Source: a virus. Taken from it: a stretch of DNA of 64,000 nt. The stretch is from the IMG/VR virus record IMGVR_UViG_3300028840_004184, positions 96,001 to 160,000 of that record. The stretch is one strand, 5' to 3'. Both the position numbers and the translations under genes were made by a program. Below, one piece after another: positions 38,933 through 50,129 of this stretch; the stretch's first letter is position 1, and each line of letters begins with the position of its first letter. The notes under the pieces were generated by a model that saw only the letters and a program-made list of their open reading frames with translations, was not told the DNA's origin and did no database searches.

Positions 38933-40302
38933 TATCTCGCTCCTCTGGGGAAGGCCACGAATCCTGCTTCATCAGCACCCATATCTACGGTCCCCTGATA
39001 TATACGGGACTCTTGATCAATATCTTTAGCCGCTATATAACTTGCATTATTATTACCGATATTAATAACTGGTGATGACCTAAGACCAATATGATAATCA
39101 TCATTGTAATAATGCATGAAAATAGGGTCTATATTTACATTTCCACTTCCCCATGTAAGGGTGCTTCCTGTTTGTACCGTACAAGATCCAGTTCCTCCAT
39201 CAACATCCGTATAGCTTATGGTTATAGAGGAGTGGAAGAAAAACCCATCACCAACAAGCATCTCGTCTGCTGCTGGGACCGCACATACATTACCCCATAA
39301 AATCCCGTTAACTACTTCGGCGGCAATACCATAAAATGTCATACCTGCACCAAAACCTCCCCAAACAGCAGAACTGTAATTATCCGCGATTGTATTATTG
39401 ACAAATACTGTGTCAGTTGTATAAGTCAGCGTGGGGCCATAAACCATTACACCGGCACCGAAGCCATAATAATCCAGCGTGTTTTTACAAATCATATTGT
39501 TTTGAAAAACATTAGTTGTATTTGGGAAAGCGAATAACGCGAGTCCACCACCCTCTATATGTGCCGTGTTCTCGAAGATGCGATTATCGCGGCATGTAAT
39601 CTCCGAGCATCCTTCGAAACATAACCCTCCTCCGCTGCCGTTCGCAAATGTGGTGAAACCGTAGACATAATTATCTTCGATCCAGTTACGGAGCACAACA
39701 GCTTTACTACAATATTCTACACAAACCCCACCACCCTTAACATAACAAGTGTTATTATAGATGGTATTATTAATAATTTTAGCCGTCCCAGTGAATAGTA
39801 CCTGCCAATCGTCTGCTGGGCCGACATAAATTCCTCCGCCAAAGCTATGATGCTGGTCCCCGGCTAAATTATTGCCGTGTATTACATTGTTACGGAGAAT
39901 AGGGGACGAATTTTTACAGTAGATACCGCCACCTACATATAGATAAACAACAGGTAAACCACCCATATTAAACTGAGTACCAGTCCCGTTAGTTATAGTG
40001 AAACCATCCAGGATAGACGTATTTGTTTCACCGTTATCAAACGTTACTACCGAGCCACTTTGGTTACCATCAATAATACAATTGTATGGACTACCGAGGT
40101 GTTCAACCTTGATAGCTTTACCAAGAAAATTAATATTTTCTGTGTAAGTACCATCAGATACACGAACAGTATCACCGTTTGATGCTGCGTTGATAGCTGC
40201 TTGGATTGTTGAATATCCGGATGGTACGTAAAGAATACTACCGCTGGCCGTGGAAAATAATCCTAATAATAGTCCGATGACTAAGATAATTACATTACGC
40301 AT
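38932..40302 (-). CDS. Secreted right-handed parallel beta-helix (pectin-lyase-fold) protein
   Basis: Signal peptide; YSTIQAAINAA..GDTV.V..GTYTENI; repeated GGGIY/GGG..N turns; C-terminal DID...R...VDMGADE. Confidence 0.85.
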   Translation of the reverse strand: MRNVIILVIGLLLGLFSTASGSILYVPSGYSTIQAAINAASNGDTVRVSDGTYTENINFLGKAIKVEHLGSPYNCIIDGNQSGSVVTFDNGETNTSILDGFTITNGTGTQFNMGGLPVVYLYVGGGIYCKNSSPILRNNVIHGNNLAGDQHHSFGGGIYVGPADDWQVLFTGTAKIINNTIYNNTCYVKGGGVCVEYCSKAVVLRNWIEDNYVYGFTTFANGSGGGLCFEGCSEITCRDNRIFENTAHIEGGGLALFAFPNTTNVFQNNMICKNTLDYYGFGAGVMVYGPTLTYTTDTVFVNNTIADNYSSAVWGGFGAGMTFYGIAAEVVNGILWGNVCAVPAADEMLVGDGFFFHSSITISYTDVDGGTGSCTVQTGSTLTWGSGNVNIDPIFMHYYNDDYHIGLRSSPVINIGNNNASYIAAKDIDQESRIYQGTVDMGADEAGFVAFPRGAR

Positions 40303-40328
40303 AATTGTTTACTCCTTTTAAAAAATTA

Positions 40329-41475
40329 TTAGCCCCATCTGTAGCCACAGCTATTACAAGTGTGGCCATGTCCATCTAGTGTTCGGGTTACATTTGAACT
40401 ATTGCATACGGGGCACCAGATGTTGTTTGACCAAAATTCTGCAATATCATTTGGATCGTCTGTTTGAAATTCAAATGGATTATCTATCATATCAATACCT
40501 TGCTGTAAACATTTTTTGCATAGTGTTATGTCAGTTAATCTGATTGATATCTTCAGACATTTGCCCATGAATAGGCAATTTGCACAATTACCACTTTCCT
40601 CTACTTCGAACAAGTCAACCACTCCCCTTTAGGTCCATAATCTATTTCTCACTTTTATAAGCCTACACATCATTTCTTCTTCTTTTGCCACTAATTTATC
40701 TTCCATTATCTGAACCGCACGACATAAGTTACTAAATGTTTGGTTAGTGTCCGTCTTTCTGTGCCGTTGATAATATCCATCGGGCATTTTAACCATCTCA
40801 TATGGGATGTGTTTTCCCATATCATCATATATATCATCTATCTCTTGTTGAAATTTTGGATAATCATCTTTCCACCAACGATATATTTTATGAATTTCAA
40901 TAGCATCGTCCACTTGTGTTCTGAATATTCTTTTAGCTATTTCGTTTTCTTGTTTTTCTGCCTCGTTGCGTAATTCAGCTACTTTCCCATCAAGGATCAT
41001 ATGGACATCCCATGGTTCTTGGTATTCAACATAATGACATAAGATTTCCATCATTCCGTGTAACATGCGTTCATGGTCTTCATGCATTTTCCATTTACTT
41101 AATCTACGTAATGGAATCATGAAGTGTTTATACTTAAACCTACATCTCAGGCGATAAGGGATATCACCTATCAGCCGAAAGATTCTCATGATTTTATTGA
41201 TCATTTTTTCACCCCTATTCATATGAGGGTTCGTGTATCGGTCCAGCAAACAATCCACCGAAGCCTTCGCTTCGTCCAATATCTTGACAGTGAAAAAATC
41301 TAATCTTGGGACACTCCATAACAACAAAACAGGCGAGGGTGCCACGGCCATCCCTGATTTTCTTAACCCGGATAATCGCATAGTCCCTCGGGTTCATGTC
41401 AGTGTCCGTCCTGCGATAAAAGTACAGTCCGGGCCTCTTAGGAAGATCTTTGGTCCATTTATACATCGTTTTCAC
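40329..41475 (-). CDS. Hypothetical ORFs (40329-40622, 40629-~41204, 41215-41475)
   Basis: Co-directional ORFs; first has CxxC pairs. Confidence 0.55.
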
Positions 41476-42226
41476 CTATAGCTACTTTTTCCAACAATTC
41501 TTCGGCAAATATCATGAATGTATTGAAGTCATACGCTTCTTCGGAACGCTGTTTTAGCTCTTCAACTACCACAGTCAAATAGCTGATATCTATGCCTCTC
41601 AATTGATTGGCTAAGGCGTCAAAATTGTACAGCGGTAGACTATGTACCTTAAGAGCCATCTTGACTATTTCCATTGCCGAAATTCTGTACCCACGCTCGA
41701 TATACTTCCTAACGCGGAACAGTGAGGCGATAGGGAATTCAGACTTAGTGTTATAAACCAACCTCTTTGACGCCAAATGATGCATGAAATCTTTATGAAA
41801 CCAAAACTGATCCTGTTTGATGCCATACATAGCCATGCAAACCGTGAAATCGAAATTATCAAATACGTGAGACGAAAAACACGCCTCTGCCAGGTCGGGT
41901 TTTAAGAAGCGGTCCATAATGATGACTTGTAGAACGCACTTGTCCCATTTGTACGTAACTGCTGTATCCGTATGGGTTAATTCTACTACCCTTTCATGGT
42001 CCTTACCCTTGGTTAAGATATAAAGCTGAACATCTTTCAGAAATTGGTCCCGATGTTCTCGTAGCTGAAAATATACGTCCAGATCTTTAATCCGGCTACG
42101 GCTAAAAGCGGCGGTTATAGCACCGCCAGCGATGCACGCACAGTTTTTGCTTAAGAGCCTCCATAGCTCATCAGGGACATATTGTCTAATAATATATTTT
42201 TCTCTTTGATATTCCATTATTCGCAT
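41459..42226 (-). CDS. Pol-beta-superfamily nucleotidyltransferase-like protein
   Basis: IAGGAI...IKDLDVYF, FDFTVC, RVRKYIERGY. Confidence 0.75.
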   Translation of the reverse strand: MRIMEYQREKYIIRQYVPDELWRLLSKNCACIAGGAITAAFSRSRIKDLDVYFQLREHRDQFLKDVQLYILTKGKDHERVVELTHTDTAVTYKWDKCVLQVIIMDRFLKPDLAEACFSSHVFDNFDFTVCMAMYGIKQDQFWFHKDFMHHLASKRLVYNTKSEFPIASLFRVRKYIERGYRISAMEIVKMALKVHSLPLYNFDALANQLRGIDISYLTVVVEELKQRSEEAYDFNTFMIFAEELLEKVAIGENDV

Positions 42227-42678
42227 TCCACTGTATCTACGCCCTGCTCATTAGTATATGGTTGCCCGGTGGCTTTAAATTCTTGTTTGCTGCCATTAAA
42301 TACAGGTTTTCCGTTATATTCGAACATACGAAAAGTATCTCCAGTCTGTAACTGAAGCATCGAGTCGAGCCGTTCCCATGTGTCGTCAGGTCGTTTTCTT
42401 TCGATTATTCGAGTATTTTTACTTGGATCGGACTGGACGCCGTCTTCTGTTAAAATTTCGACTTCTGCCTGCGGCAGGTTGTCCTTAATAGCCTTTGTGA
42501 CGATCTCCATGACTTTTTCTTCAAAAGCCTCGGGTTCCATATTTATATCAAGGCCATATGGACCAACGAGGTTAGTAGCTCGCTCAGAGAGATCTGGCGG
42601 CAAAGGTACACCATGTTTGCTCGTATAATGGAATAAGCCACGTATAATTTTGATTGCTTCAGCTAATGATACATCCAT
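42217..42678 (-). CDS. Hypothetical protein
   Basis: Overlaps or abuts its neighbours. Confidence 0.55.
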   Translation of the reverse strand: MDVSLAEAIKIIRGLFHYTSKHGVPLPPDLSERATNLVGPYGLDINMEPEAFEEKVMEIVTKAIKDNLPQAEVEILTEDGVQSDPSKNTRIIERKRPDDTWERLDSMLQLQTGDTFRMFEYNGKPVFNGSKQEFKATGQPYTNEQGVDTVECE

Positions 42679-42680
42679 GT

Positions 42681-43280
42681 CTATTTCTCCAATTCAAACG
42701 TTTCTTGAATAGAACATCCGCGTCTTAATCGTCCATACACTGTTTGACGATTTAAGCCAAATATATCGCACCATTCTGTGATACATTTTGTTTGGTTATT
42801 AATTGTAATCATTCTATTTCTACGATAATTAGTGTTTTGTTGTTGTCGTGTAGCCCATCTACAATTTTCTTTACAATAATCTCCATTGTTATCGATTCGG
42901 TCGAGAGTTAAACCGTCTGGTTTTTCTCCCATATCTTTAAGAAAGTTTTCAAATTTTAGCCATGCTTTGCAGATACAGATGCCGCGACCACCATAGTTTT
43001 TATATGATTTATGATTAGAATTTGTACAACGCTGAATCATTTCTTTCCATATATTATGTATATCTGTGTTGGTATAGCCATGTTTATAGATATTTTCTTT
43101 ATTTAGACATCCGCAACTTTTTGTGTGGCCACTTTTAAGATTATCACTTTGTACGGTCGTATAATTACCGCATTTACATCTACATAGCCACATTGCGTGT
43201 TTTTTAGTATTATTATTAATACGCTTTATAACTGTTAGTCGATAAAATGTTTTATCAATTAAATCTACTATTCTGGGCAT
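42681..43280 (-). CDS. HNH homing endonuclease
   Basis: WLCRCKCGN, KSCGC, YGGRGI, LTLDRIDNNGDYCKENCRWAT. Confidence 0.9.
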   Translation of the reverse strand: MPRIVDLIDKTFYRLTVIKRINNNTKKHAMWLCRCKCGNYTTVQSDNLKSGHTKSCGCLNKENIYKHGYTNTDIHNIWKEMIQRCTNSNHKSYKNYGGRGICICKAWLKFENFLKDMGEKPDGLTLDRIDNNGDYCKENCRWATRQQQNTNYRRNRMITINNQTKCITEWCDIFGLNRQTVYGRLRRGCSIQETFELEK

Positions 43281-43289
43281 ATATTTTAC

Positions 43290-43652
43290 CTATCTATTAT
43301 CCCCATCACCATGTAATTGGTTTCGTTTCATCCTACTCATTAGTTTCGTTATGTTTGTTTCTGCGACATCACTTAATTTTATATCAAAGTGAGCAGATAG
43401 TCTACTATGATACCATAGAATATCACCAAGTTCTTTTTTGACCGATTCTTTAAATTCAGGAGTTACTTTTCCTTGATTGTCTCGAAATAGTTTCTTGATT
43501 TTTTCAAGAAGTTCTCCTGTTTCTCCACCAAGGCCGAGAACATAATATAACCATCCGACAGGCTTTAATGAGTCTTGTGCTGCTGTTCCGAGATCTGTCA
43601 GAGCAGCTTTTTCTTGATATTCATTGAATCCCATGTCTTCCATAATATACAA
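43290..43652 (-). CDS. mazG: MazG-like nucleotide pyrophosphohydrolase
   Basis: LGLGGETGE..EKIKK, KELGDILWY, N..KL.SR..R..LHGDGDNR. Confidence 0.9.
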   Translation of the reverse strand: MYIMEDMGFNEYQEKAALTDLGTAAQDSLKPVGWLYYVLGLGGETGELLEKIKKLFRDNQGKVTPEFKESVKKELGDILWYHSRLSAHFDIKLSDVAETNITKLMSRMKRNQLHGDGDNR

Positions 43653-43699
43653 CTCTCCTTTTGTACGATGAATTTGTTGTACGATAATTTTATCGTATA

Positions 43700-44494
43700 T
43701 TAACTCCTGATGATTTGTTTGTGGATTCTGTTCGGCGAAGATATAATCCCCTGAATGAGATTATCATGTAGATCACCGACAGGTAATGTATCATCAATAC
43801 GAATTCTTCTACGAAGCACTTCTACCTTTTCTTGAGTCTTGGGATTAAAACCTTCCTTGGGTTTTAGCATCCAGTAGGCCCCGGTGCCGTTTCTTTTCCA
43901 GCTTTCAAGTTCGTCGAAATTGACGTTATTTCGTAGAAGCATATTTTTCTTCTCTGCAACACCTGTACCATTCATCCATGATGCCGCTTTTCTGCGTGAC
44001 ATATTTTCAAGGCTTACAAGAGTCCAGAATGCAGCAGAGTTCAACGCATTTCTTTGGGCATCCGCCATACGCCATCTGAAATAATCTTTCACGTCTGCGA
44101 CGTGAGGTAATAGTACAATTCGGCAATCGAATACGAGCGGAGAGCCAGCTATCATTGTCATATGAGCACTTGCTTCTCCGGCAAGGACAGAGATCCATTT
44201 ACGAATTTTGCGGTCGAATGAATCGTCATACGGATCGATCAACAATGAAATCTCATCGCTTTGTGTATACCCGTACAAAATATTGAATCCACGATTGTTC
44301 ATCAGATATCCCAACGTAGTTGTCATAGCTACGTGAAAATTGTCATCAAACGGTTTAGTATAACCAGATTTTTCAAGCAGCTTGGTGAAACCACGACCAT
44401 CCAACCTCGCGATAGCATACGTACCTGGTATAACTGATGGATCATCCGCCTTTTCAAAAGCACGCATTCTTGCGTCGAATTCTTTGAACTTCAT
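43700..44494 (-). CDS. thg1: tRNA(His) guanylyltransferase / Thg1-like 3'-5' polymerase
   Basis: ARLDGRGF, YTQSDEISL, FDCR, YFRWRMADAQRN. Confidence 0.93.
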   Translation of the reverse strand: MKFKEFDARMRAFEKADDPSVIPGTYAIARLDGRGFTKLLEKSGYTKPFDDNFHVAMTTTLGYLMNNRGFNILYGYTQSDEISLLIDPYDDSFDRKIRKWISVLAGEASAHMTMIAGSPLVFDCRIVLLPHVADVKDYFRWRMADAQRNALNSAAFWTLVSLENMSRRKAASWMNGTGVAEKKNMLLRNNVNFDELESWKRNGTGAYWMLKPKEGFNPKTQEKVEVLRRRIRIDDTLPVGDLHDNLIQGIISSPNRIHKQIIRS

Positions 44495-44509
44495 TTCATC
44501 TTCCTTTTT

Positions 44510-45423
44510 TTAATGCATATAAGGTTCTTTAAATACCTTTTCGTACATTTCCATAGCGTAAATATTTCCAAGCTTCATAGCTAAGAAACAAAAGATGCTA
44601 CGCTTAAAAAGCGTCACCGCCTCGTCTACATAATTCAATCCCATTTGATTGGCAAGGACATGAGTGCAACGCATATAATGTTTTTCCCAACCTATTTGAT
44701 CAGCAAAAGCTTTTTCGTTGTCGTAGAATACTTGTGACACTTTGCGAAGCTCAGCATAACGCTTATAGCCAAACTTGCGTTCGGCAGGCGACATACCATA
44801 CCAGTCCGCGAAGAAACCGTCCGCAGGCGTTTTTTCTCTATAGTCATATATGCCATGGCTTGCCAGTATATCTACGACTACATTGATAAACCAGTCATCA
44901 TTTGCTATCCATGTTATTTCAACATATGGCTCAAAAAACCACCATATGTGCTTAATGCCCCATCTTGGATCTTCAGAAGCATCCATGATATCTTTTATAA
45001 TGGGGTAATACTTCCTACAGTCCCGAAATCCATCGGGGTAATCGATGTCTTCTCCTCCAAATTCGACGCGATAATTATTGCATACATCTTTGTCTTCTTT
45101 GGAATCCCATGTCATAGTTAGTGATCCTTACAATCTTTCTTTTTATTTTTCTTTTTGGGCTTTAATTCTTTAACGATTCTCTCAGCAGCCTGATCGGCCT
45201 CGAACTTACCTGCCTGTACTTCAAACGGGCTATAATCTTCGATAGTTATTTCTTCGCCACGAGACTTTTTTGCTTCACGCCACTGGCTATAACAAACGCC
45301 AGCCCTTTGCTTTTGCTTAGGGAATTCTTTTTTCATGGAATCATTTCCCATACAGCGAGATATAAATTTTTGTTTTGTTTCCTTTCCTTTTGGGCTAGGT
45401 ATAGGCATTTTGTCTACCTCCAT
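44510..45423 (-). CDS. Two hypothetical ORFs (44510-45115, 45118-45423)
   Basis: Second carries MPIP.P...E....FISRCM...EFP...QRAGVCYSQW. Confidence 0.6.
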
Positions 45424-45896
45424 CCTTCTGGGTCTATGAAAATTATTGGCTTATCTTTTTCTCTGGCATATTTAATTGTAGAACCTGTGCCGCTTTTCCA
45501 GTCACCACCAAACACCGCAACCAATATTTGACATTTATCCACCATAAACCTATCTCTAATATGCATTTTTTCTGGAGAATATCCGCCTTCAGAAACGTAC
45601 ACTGGTGTAACTATTTTGTCACGTAAGATATCATGATATTTACTTTGTTGATAATGTGGCCACTTAGATTCTTGGCCCTTAAAAGGTATAGCTGCTATAA
45701 GACTTACTCTATATTTGATGGCTTTTTCTGCCCACAATGTATCGCTGCCTAATGCCATACCACTAATCATTTCTGTTGGTTTAAGCAATAATATAATTTC
45801 TTCCATTTTCTGCAAAACGTAATTGCTATATGGTCCTCTGTGACCCCATTCGTTGCCAAGTCTATTCGGTCTATGTCCAGTTATCGCTACTCTCAT
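45414..45896 (-). CDS. SLOG-superfamily (YspA/DUF1273-like) protein
   Basis: AITGHRP, ISGMALGSD, IPFKGQESKW, RDRFMVD, SGTGST. Confidence 0.88.
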   Translation of the reverse strand: MRVAITGHRPNRLGNEWGHRGPYSNYVLQKMEEIILLLKPTEMISGMALGSDTLWAEKAIKYRVSLIAAIPFKGQESKWPHYQQSKYHDILRDKIVTPVYVSEGGYSPEKMHIRDRFMVDKCQILVAVFGGDWKSGTGSTIKYAREKDKPIIFIDPEGWR

Positions 45897-46279
45897 TATT
45901 TCTCTTTCTCCGGAGCCGGGGCCTGCATACTATTCAACCTCGCTGTTTCAAACTCTATGCATCTTGCAAGGATTTCCAGTGCATTTTGAGGATCGTCCCT
46001 GTGTAGAAGAAGACTGATGATTTGACCATATTGATATATATGTAAATCATACATTGCATGAATTGCTTCATCTCCTGTGACACCAGATTCTTCTATACCA
46101 TCTCTTGCTCGCTGATCCCACCAGTCCACATAAGACTGTATCCCACCCATTAATGCTTTTATGGCAACAGAAAGACTAACATTAGATTCATTAATTATAT
46201 TTTGAAACTTGGTAACTAGATTTCTAGCCTGCTCTATTTCTTCATCTGTTGCTTGTTGAAATAAATCATTAGTATTCAT
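45896..46279 (-). CDS. Hypothetical protein
   Basis: Coupled to the SLOG gene. Confidence 0.55.
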   Translation of the reverse strand: MNTNDLFQQATDEEIEQARNLVTKFQNIINESNVSLSVAIKALMGGIQSYVDWWDQRARDGIEESGVTGDEAIHAMYDLHIYQYGQIISLLLHRDDPQNALEILARCIEFETARLNSMQAPAPEKEK

Positions 46280-46300
46280 ACCGTATCAGCCCAATAAGCT

Positions 46301-48610
46301 TCATCCTTTTAGTACTGCTAGTGTTCTTAATTTAACCACAGGTTCTACTAGATCTTTTTGTGCCTCCATAACTTCATCGATATTTTTATATGCCTGTGGT
46401 GCTTCACTTAAGTCATATCTTGTGCCAGGCAATGTAGCACTTCTTTTTATTCTTCCTCTGCTTCTTTTAAAGCCGTCCCATACAATACCATCCATTGCTG
46501 TATCACATTCCTCTTTACTGAATGTGGCTGATGCCTGGGTTCTACTCATAGTTCTCCCTGCTCCGTGAGAACATGATTTAAAAGACTGTTCGTTACCAAG
46601 TCCCTTAACAATATAAGAAAAACTTCCCATTGCACCAGGAATTATACCAAATTGTCCTAGTTTGGCAGAAGTAGCACCTTTACGGTGAATCCAAAGATTT
46701 TTACCAAAGTGATTTTCTATGGTTGCATAGTTATGATGTATGTTTACTTCCATACCAAATTTAACATCGTTGAATATTTCAGCTATACTTGTTTTGACAA
46801 CTTGCATCATACGCGTTCTGTTTTCCTCAGCATAAGCCAATGCAAAATTCATATCATAAATATAGTGAACACCCCAAACACTATCCGTCGGTAAAAAAGC
46901 TAAGTCGTTACATGGTAAAACAGAATGCCATTGTTTGTTTAATTCTTTTGCAGTATCATTCCAGTGCTTAGCTATTTGATAACCTAGATTCCTCGACCCA
47001 GAATGCAACATAATCCACACAAACCCATCATCACCTGCCTGTATTTCAATAAAATGATTACCACCACCCAGTGTGCCAAGGTTCCGTTTTGCTAATTCCC
47101 ACATTTTTTCATTATACCATCCGCCCATTATCGGTGGTGCTTCTGGGGTCTGGCTATAGCCATGCGATTTTTTGAATGTGTCCATACCTGTCCATTCTTG
47201 TGGATGAGCATGAGCATGACCTTCTCCCATAGGAACACGCAATTTAATTTTATTAATAATTTCACGCAATTGTTGTTTTTTAATAGATGTTAATGTGGTT
47301 CTGACTGCACACATGCCGCAACCTATGTCTACTCCAACGGCATTTGGAATTACAGCATTGTGACAAGCGATCACACCACCTATAGGCATGCCGTATCCTT
47401 GATGACAGTTCCCGGTGACAAAAGTTAAACCATTTTGCCTTGCTATAAAAAAACCAGAATCACATGATAAACATACTACGTTATCACTATAGTCTATTTG
47501 GTTTTTAACCAATATGCTGTTATGAATACCATTGCCGGATTCTATGACATTATTTTTATCAATAGATGATAAATAATGCATCTTGATATTTTGATATCCT
47601 TCGCTTAATCTAGTATTGTCGTTAGCAATACCAGTATGTATAGCTATCAGTGATGATATAAAATTAACATCACTTGTTCTTTTCGAATTATATCTTTTAG
47701 CACCGGTTTTTTGATAGTTAAGCCAGTCACCGTCCACCTTTAATATTTCTTCTAATAATATTGTAGCTTGATTATCCGATAGGCTTGTGATAAAATCTAC
47801 CGGATATTCTTTATTTACACCAATATACTCAATGATTTTTGCACTATATTTAGTGTGTATTTCTATAGATGTTTGTTGATTATCTATTCTTATGTTATAT
47901 GTATAACCTAATGATGTTAATAATTGTATTATCCTATTTATCTTACGTTCCTTTGTTAAACCAAACCTAATAATAATACTGCTGAAGGTTCCATCTGGTT
48001 TTTTATTATTTTTCTTTAGATTGCCATCACCCACAACCCAGGCGATTAGACATAATAGTTCATACTGTATATCAAGATAAGGCTTGTTTGTGTCTGTTTT
48101 ACTTTTTTTAATACCATTGCCACTCCATATATAATGTGATATAAATGTTTTGTCTGGTATATCTAATACTCTAGTATCATAGTGTTTGCCATTATATGGC
48201 TTATATGTCATTCTATGATTTTCTGTAACAACAATATTCTTATCTAGAAACGTAGATATAAATTCAAATACTTTTTCGTCTTTTCTTAGCGGACGATTGA
48301 TAATAGCTGTTGGGTGCATAAAATATATCTTACCATCATCTGGGTCATAGTTAGCTACCTTGTCGTCATATGACAATTCACTGATTAATTTAAAACCACA
48401 AGATGTTAAAACTTCTGTATTATTAGATAAACAATCTGCCATTAATGCAACATGATTTCTAATCACCGGATGATGTGCTAAATTCTTAGCCTGCTCAAGT
48501 GCTCCATCTTCCAAATCTTTACACCATGACTTGATATTTATATTGCTATTTTTACCACCATCTATGAAACGCATTGATACTTTTTCCCATTGAAGCATCG
48601 GTGCGGCCAT
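46301..48610 (-). CDS. rtcB: RNA 2',3'-cyclic phosphate/3'-phosphate ligase RtcB, intein-containing
   Basis: MAD|CHQGYGMPIGG, VGVDIGCG, GTLGGGNHFIE, HSGSR, HRKGAT, SCSHGAGR, EAPQAYK. Confidence 0.96.
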   Translation of the reverse strand: MAAPMLQWEKVSMRFIDGGKNSNINIKSWCKDLEDGALEQAKNLAHHPVIRNHVALMADCLSNNTEVLTSCGFKLISELSYDDKVANYDPDDGKIYFMHPTAIINRPLRKDEKVFEFISTFLDKNIVVTENHRMTYKPYNGKHYDTRVLDIPDKTFISHYIWSGNGIKKSKTDTNKPYLDIQYELLCLIAWVVGDGNLKKNNKKPDGTFSSIIIRFGLTKERKINRIIQLLTSLGYTYNIRIDNQQTSIEIHTKYSAKIIEYIGVNKEYPVDFITSLSDNQATILLEEILKVDGDWLNYQKTGAKRYNSKRTSDVNFISSLIAIHTGIANDNTRLSEGYQNIKMHYLSSIDKNNVIESGNGIHNSILVKNQIDYSDNVVCLSCDSGFFIARQNGLTFVTGNCHQGYGMPIGGVIACHNAVIPNAVGVDIGCGMCAVRTTLTSIKKQQLREIINKIKLRVPMGEGHAHAHPQEWTGMDTFKKSHGYSQTPEAPPIMGGWYNEKMWELAKRNLGTLGGGNHFIEIQAGDDGFVWIMLHSGSRNLGYQIAKHWNDTAKELNKQWHSVLPCNDLAFLPTDSVWGVHYIYDMNFALAYAEENRTRMMQVVKTSIAEIFNDVKFGMEVNIHHNYATIENHFGKNLWIHRKGATSAKLGQFGIIPGAMGSFSYIVKGLGNEQSFKSCSHGAGRTMSRTQASATFSKEECDTAMDGIVWDGFKRSRGRIKRSATLPGTRYDLSEAPQAYKNIDEVMEAQKDLVEPVVKLRTLAVLKG
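47408..48433 (-). mobile_element. 342-aa intein with LAGLIDADG homing endonuclease in RtcB
   Basis: Block A CLSNNTEVLT, block B VTENH, LIAWVVGDG and ILKVDGD, C-terminal VTGN followed by Cys +1. Confidence 0.92.
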
Positions 48611-48634
48611 AACGACCGCACCGATTTAGTTATA

Positions 48635-48979
48635 CTACACTTCTCTTGAAGGAGCAGGCGGAGGTGGAGGAGGTGGATTGAATCCTGGTCCTGGTTGTCC
48701 GACAGGTACAACTGGTGTCCCAGGAGGAGGTGAAAAGATAGCTCCTTTGTCCTGCATCTCCTTGACAAACCTCGCGTGTTCTTGCTGCTTGCTTTTCCCG
48801 TTGTCGGCAATTCCCTGGCCGAGAATTTGTACACCAAACAAACCGGCGGTAGTCGGGATTAACATCATTAATGCTTCAGGCTTTGGAAAAAATACGCCGA
48901 AAAGCAAATATTCAATGATAATTAGCCCCACACCGATAGCAGCCGACTGAAACTTTTTACTTCCAAACAAATCTGACAT
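48635..48979 (-). CDS. Holin-like two-TM protein with a proline-rich tail
   Basis: SKKF start, two hydrophobic helices, ILGQGIAD, PPPPPPP tail. Confidence 0.5.
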   Translation of the reverse strand: MSDLFGSKKFQSAAIGVGLIIIEYLLFGVFFPKPEALMMLIPTTAGLFGVQILGQGIADNGKSKQQEHARFVKEMQDKGAIFSPPPGTPVVPVGQPGPGFNPPPPPPPAPSREV

Positions 48980-49241
48980 CTTTCTTACTCTCCTTAACGA
49001 AAAAAATTAGTCGCCATTTCCATTTCTCGGATCACGCAACGGCACATAACGCACAGGTCTAGTAATTTCCCAGTATGCATCACAGGGACCGTCTTCTATC
49101 TGCCTTTTTTCCCAGACACGATAAACGTCATAGGCCGCCTTTTCCGAGGAAAACAACAGCGGTCCATTCATTGGGTCGAATATTACCCAGATCTCTCGCG
49201 GGATACGCATGTCTTTTTGTGCTCTTTTTCCTTTCTTCATA

Positions 49242-50045
49242 CTACCTTTCTCCAAATTGATAAATAAACTGACGGAATATTTTATTAAGCTGTTTTGTTT
49301 GAGTTTTAAGATCTGGTTTGCCTGAGTGTATAGTTTTGAAATCTATTTTATCAAGACGAGCCATTTCATTATCGATAAAAGCGTGTATATTATTTATCCT
49401 ACGCCCTATAGATAATTCCTTTCCATTACGTTTATTCTCTACAAGTTGATCAATCGACTTACGGAGCCCGGCAGGCAAATCTATAGCATCCACCAAAGTT
49501 TCGAAATCGACAGGTACAGTATTTGTACGATTATTTTCTATCCATTTACATGCAAGCATTGGGCGAAGGACATAAAAATATTTCTTAGTCCATACCTCGT
49601 CGCCTTTAAGATATTCCCGGTAGTTGCCCTTTCCCATATTAAAGTAATGATAAATGCATGATACCGGCGAGTAAAACTCAGGTAGTATTTGCTTAAGAGC
49701 CGCTGATAGATCCCACAAGCCTGGTCCCACTTTGTCAATATACACTATCGGTGAGTGGAGCCATTCTAAAAGAGGAGGATTAGATTTTCGAAATAATCGG
49801 AGTGCTTTGCTAAGTTCCCAACCAGCAAAATCTAGTGGTTCTTCCATTCGCTCAATAACGTCTTTTTTTTGTCGATCGATATCGATATACCATGATTCGT
49901 CATGAGCATATATGAATCTCACGTCATAATCACTGTCTTTGGACTGGAAGCCCCAGGCACGCGAACCAGCTTCGCACGCAAACAAAATGCGGACACCTTT
50001 TTCTTGCTCTGTCTTTTTGAGCATATCCAAAATTTTATCACGCAA
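49242..50045 (-). CDS. Nuc-transf (YcgL/RlaP-like) nucleotidyltransferase
   Basis: ACEAGSRAWGFQSKDSDYDVRFIY, GWELSKAL.L..KSNP.LLEWL.SP, KKYFYVLRP. Confidence 0.9.
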   Translation of the reverse strand: MRDKILDMLKKTEQEKGVRILFACEAGSRAWGFQSKDSDYDVRFIYAHDESWYIDIDRQKKDVIERMEEPLDFAGWELSKALRLFRKSNPPLLEWLHSPIVYIDKVGPGLWDLSAALKQILPEFYSPVSCIYHYFNMGKGNYREYLKGDEVWTKKYFYVLRPMLACKWIENNRTNTVPVDFETLVDAIDLPAGLRKSIDQLVENKRNGKELSIGRRINNIHAFIDNEMARLDKIDFKTIHSGKPDLKTQTKQLNKIFRQFIYQFGER

Positions 50046-50129
50046 TTCACTAGTTCCTTAAATAATTGGTATATGAAATCATTCTATCATATCAAAATTA
50101 GAATGTCAAGCTGTTTTTGAAATAATTTT

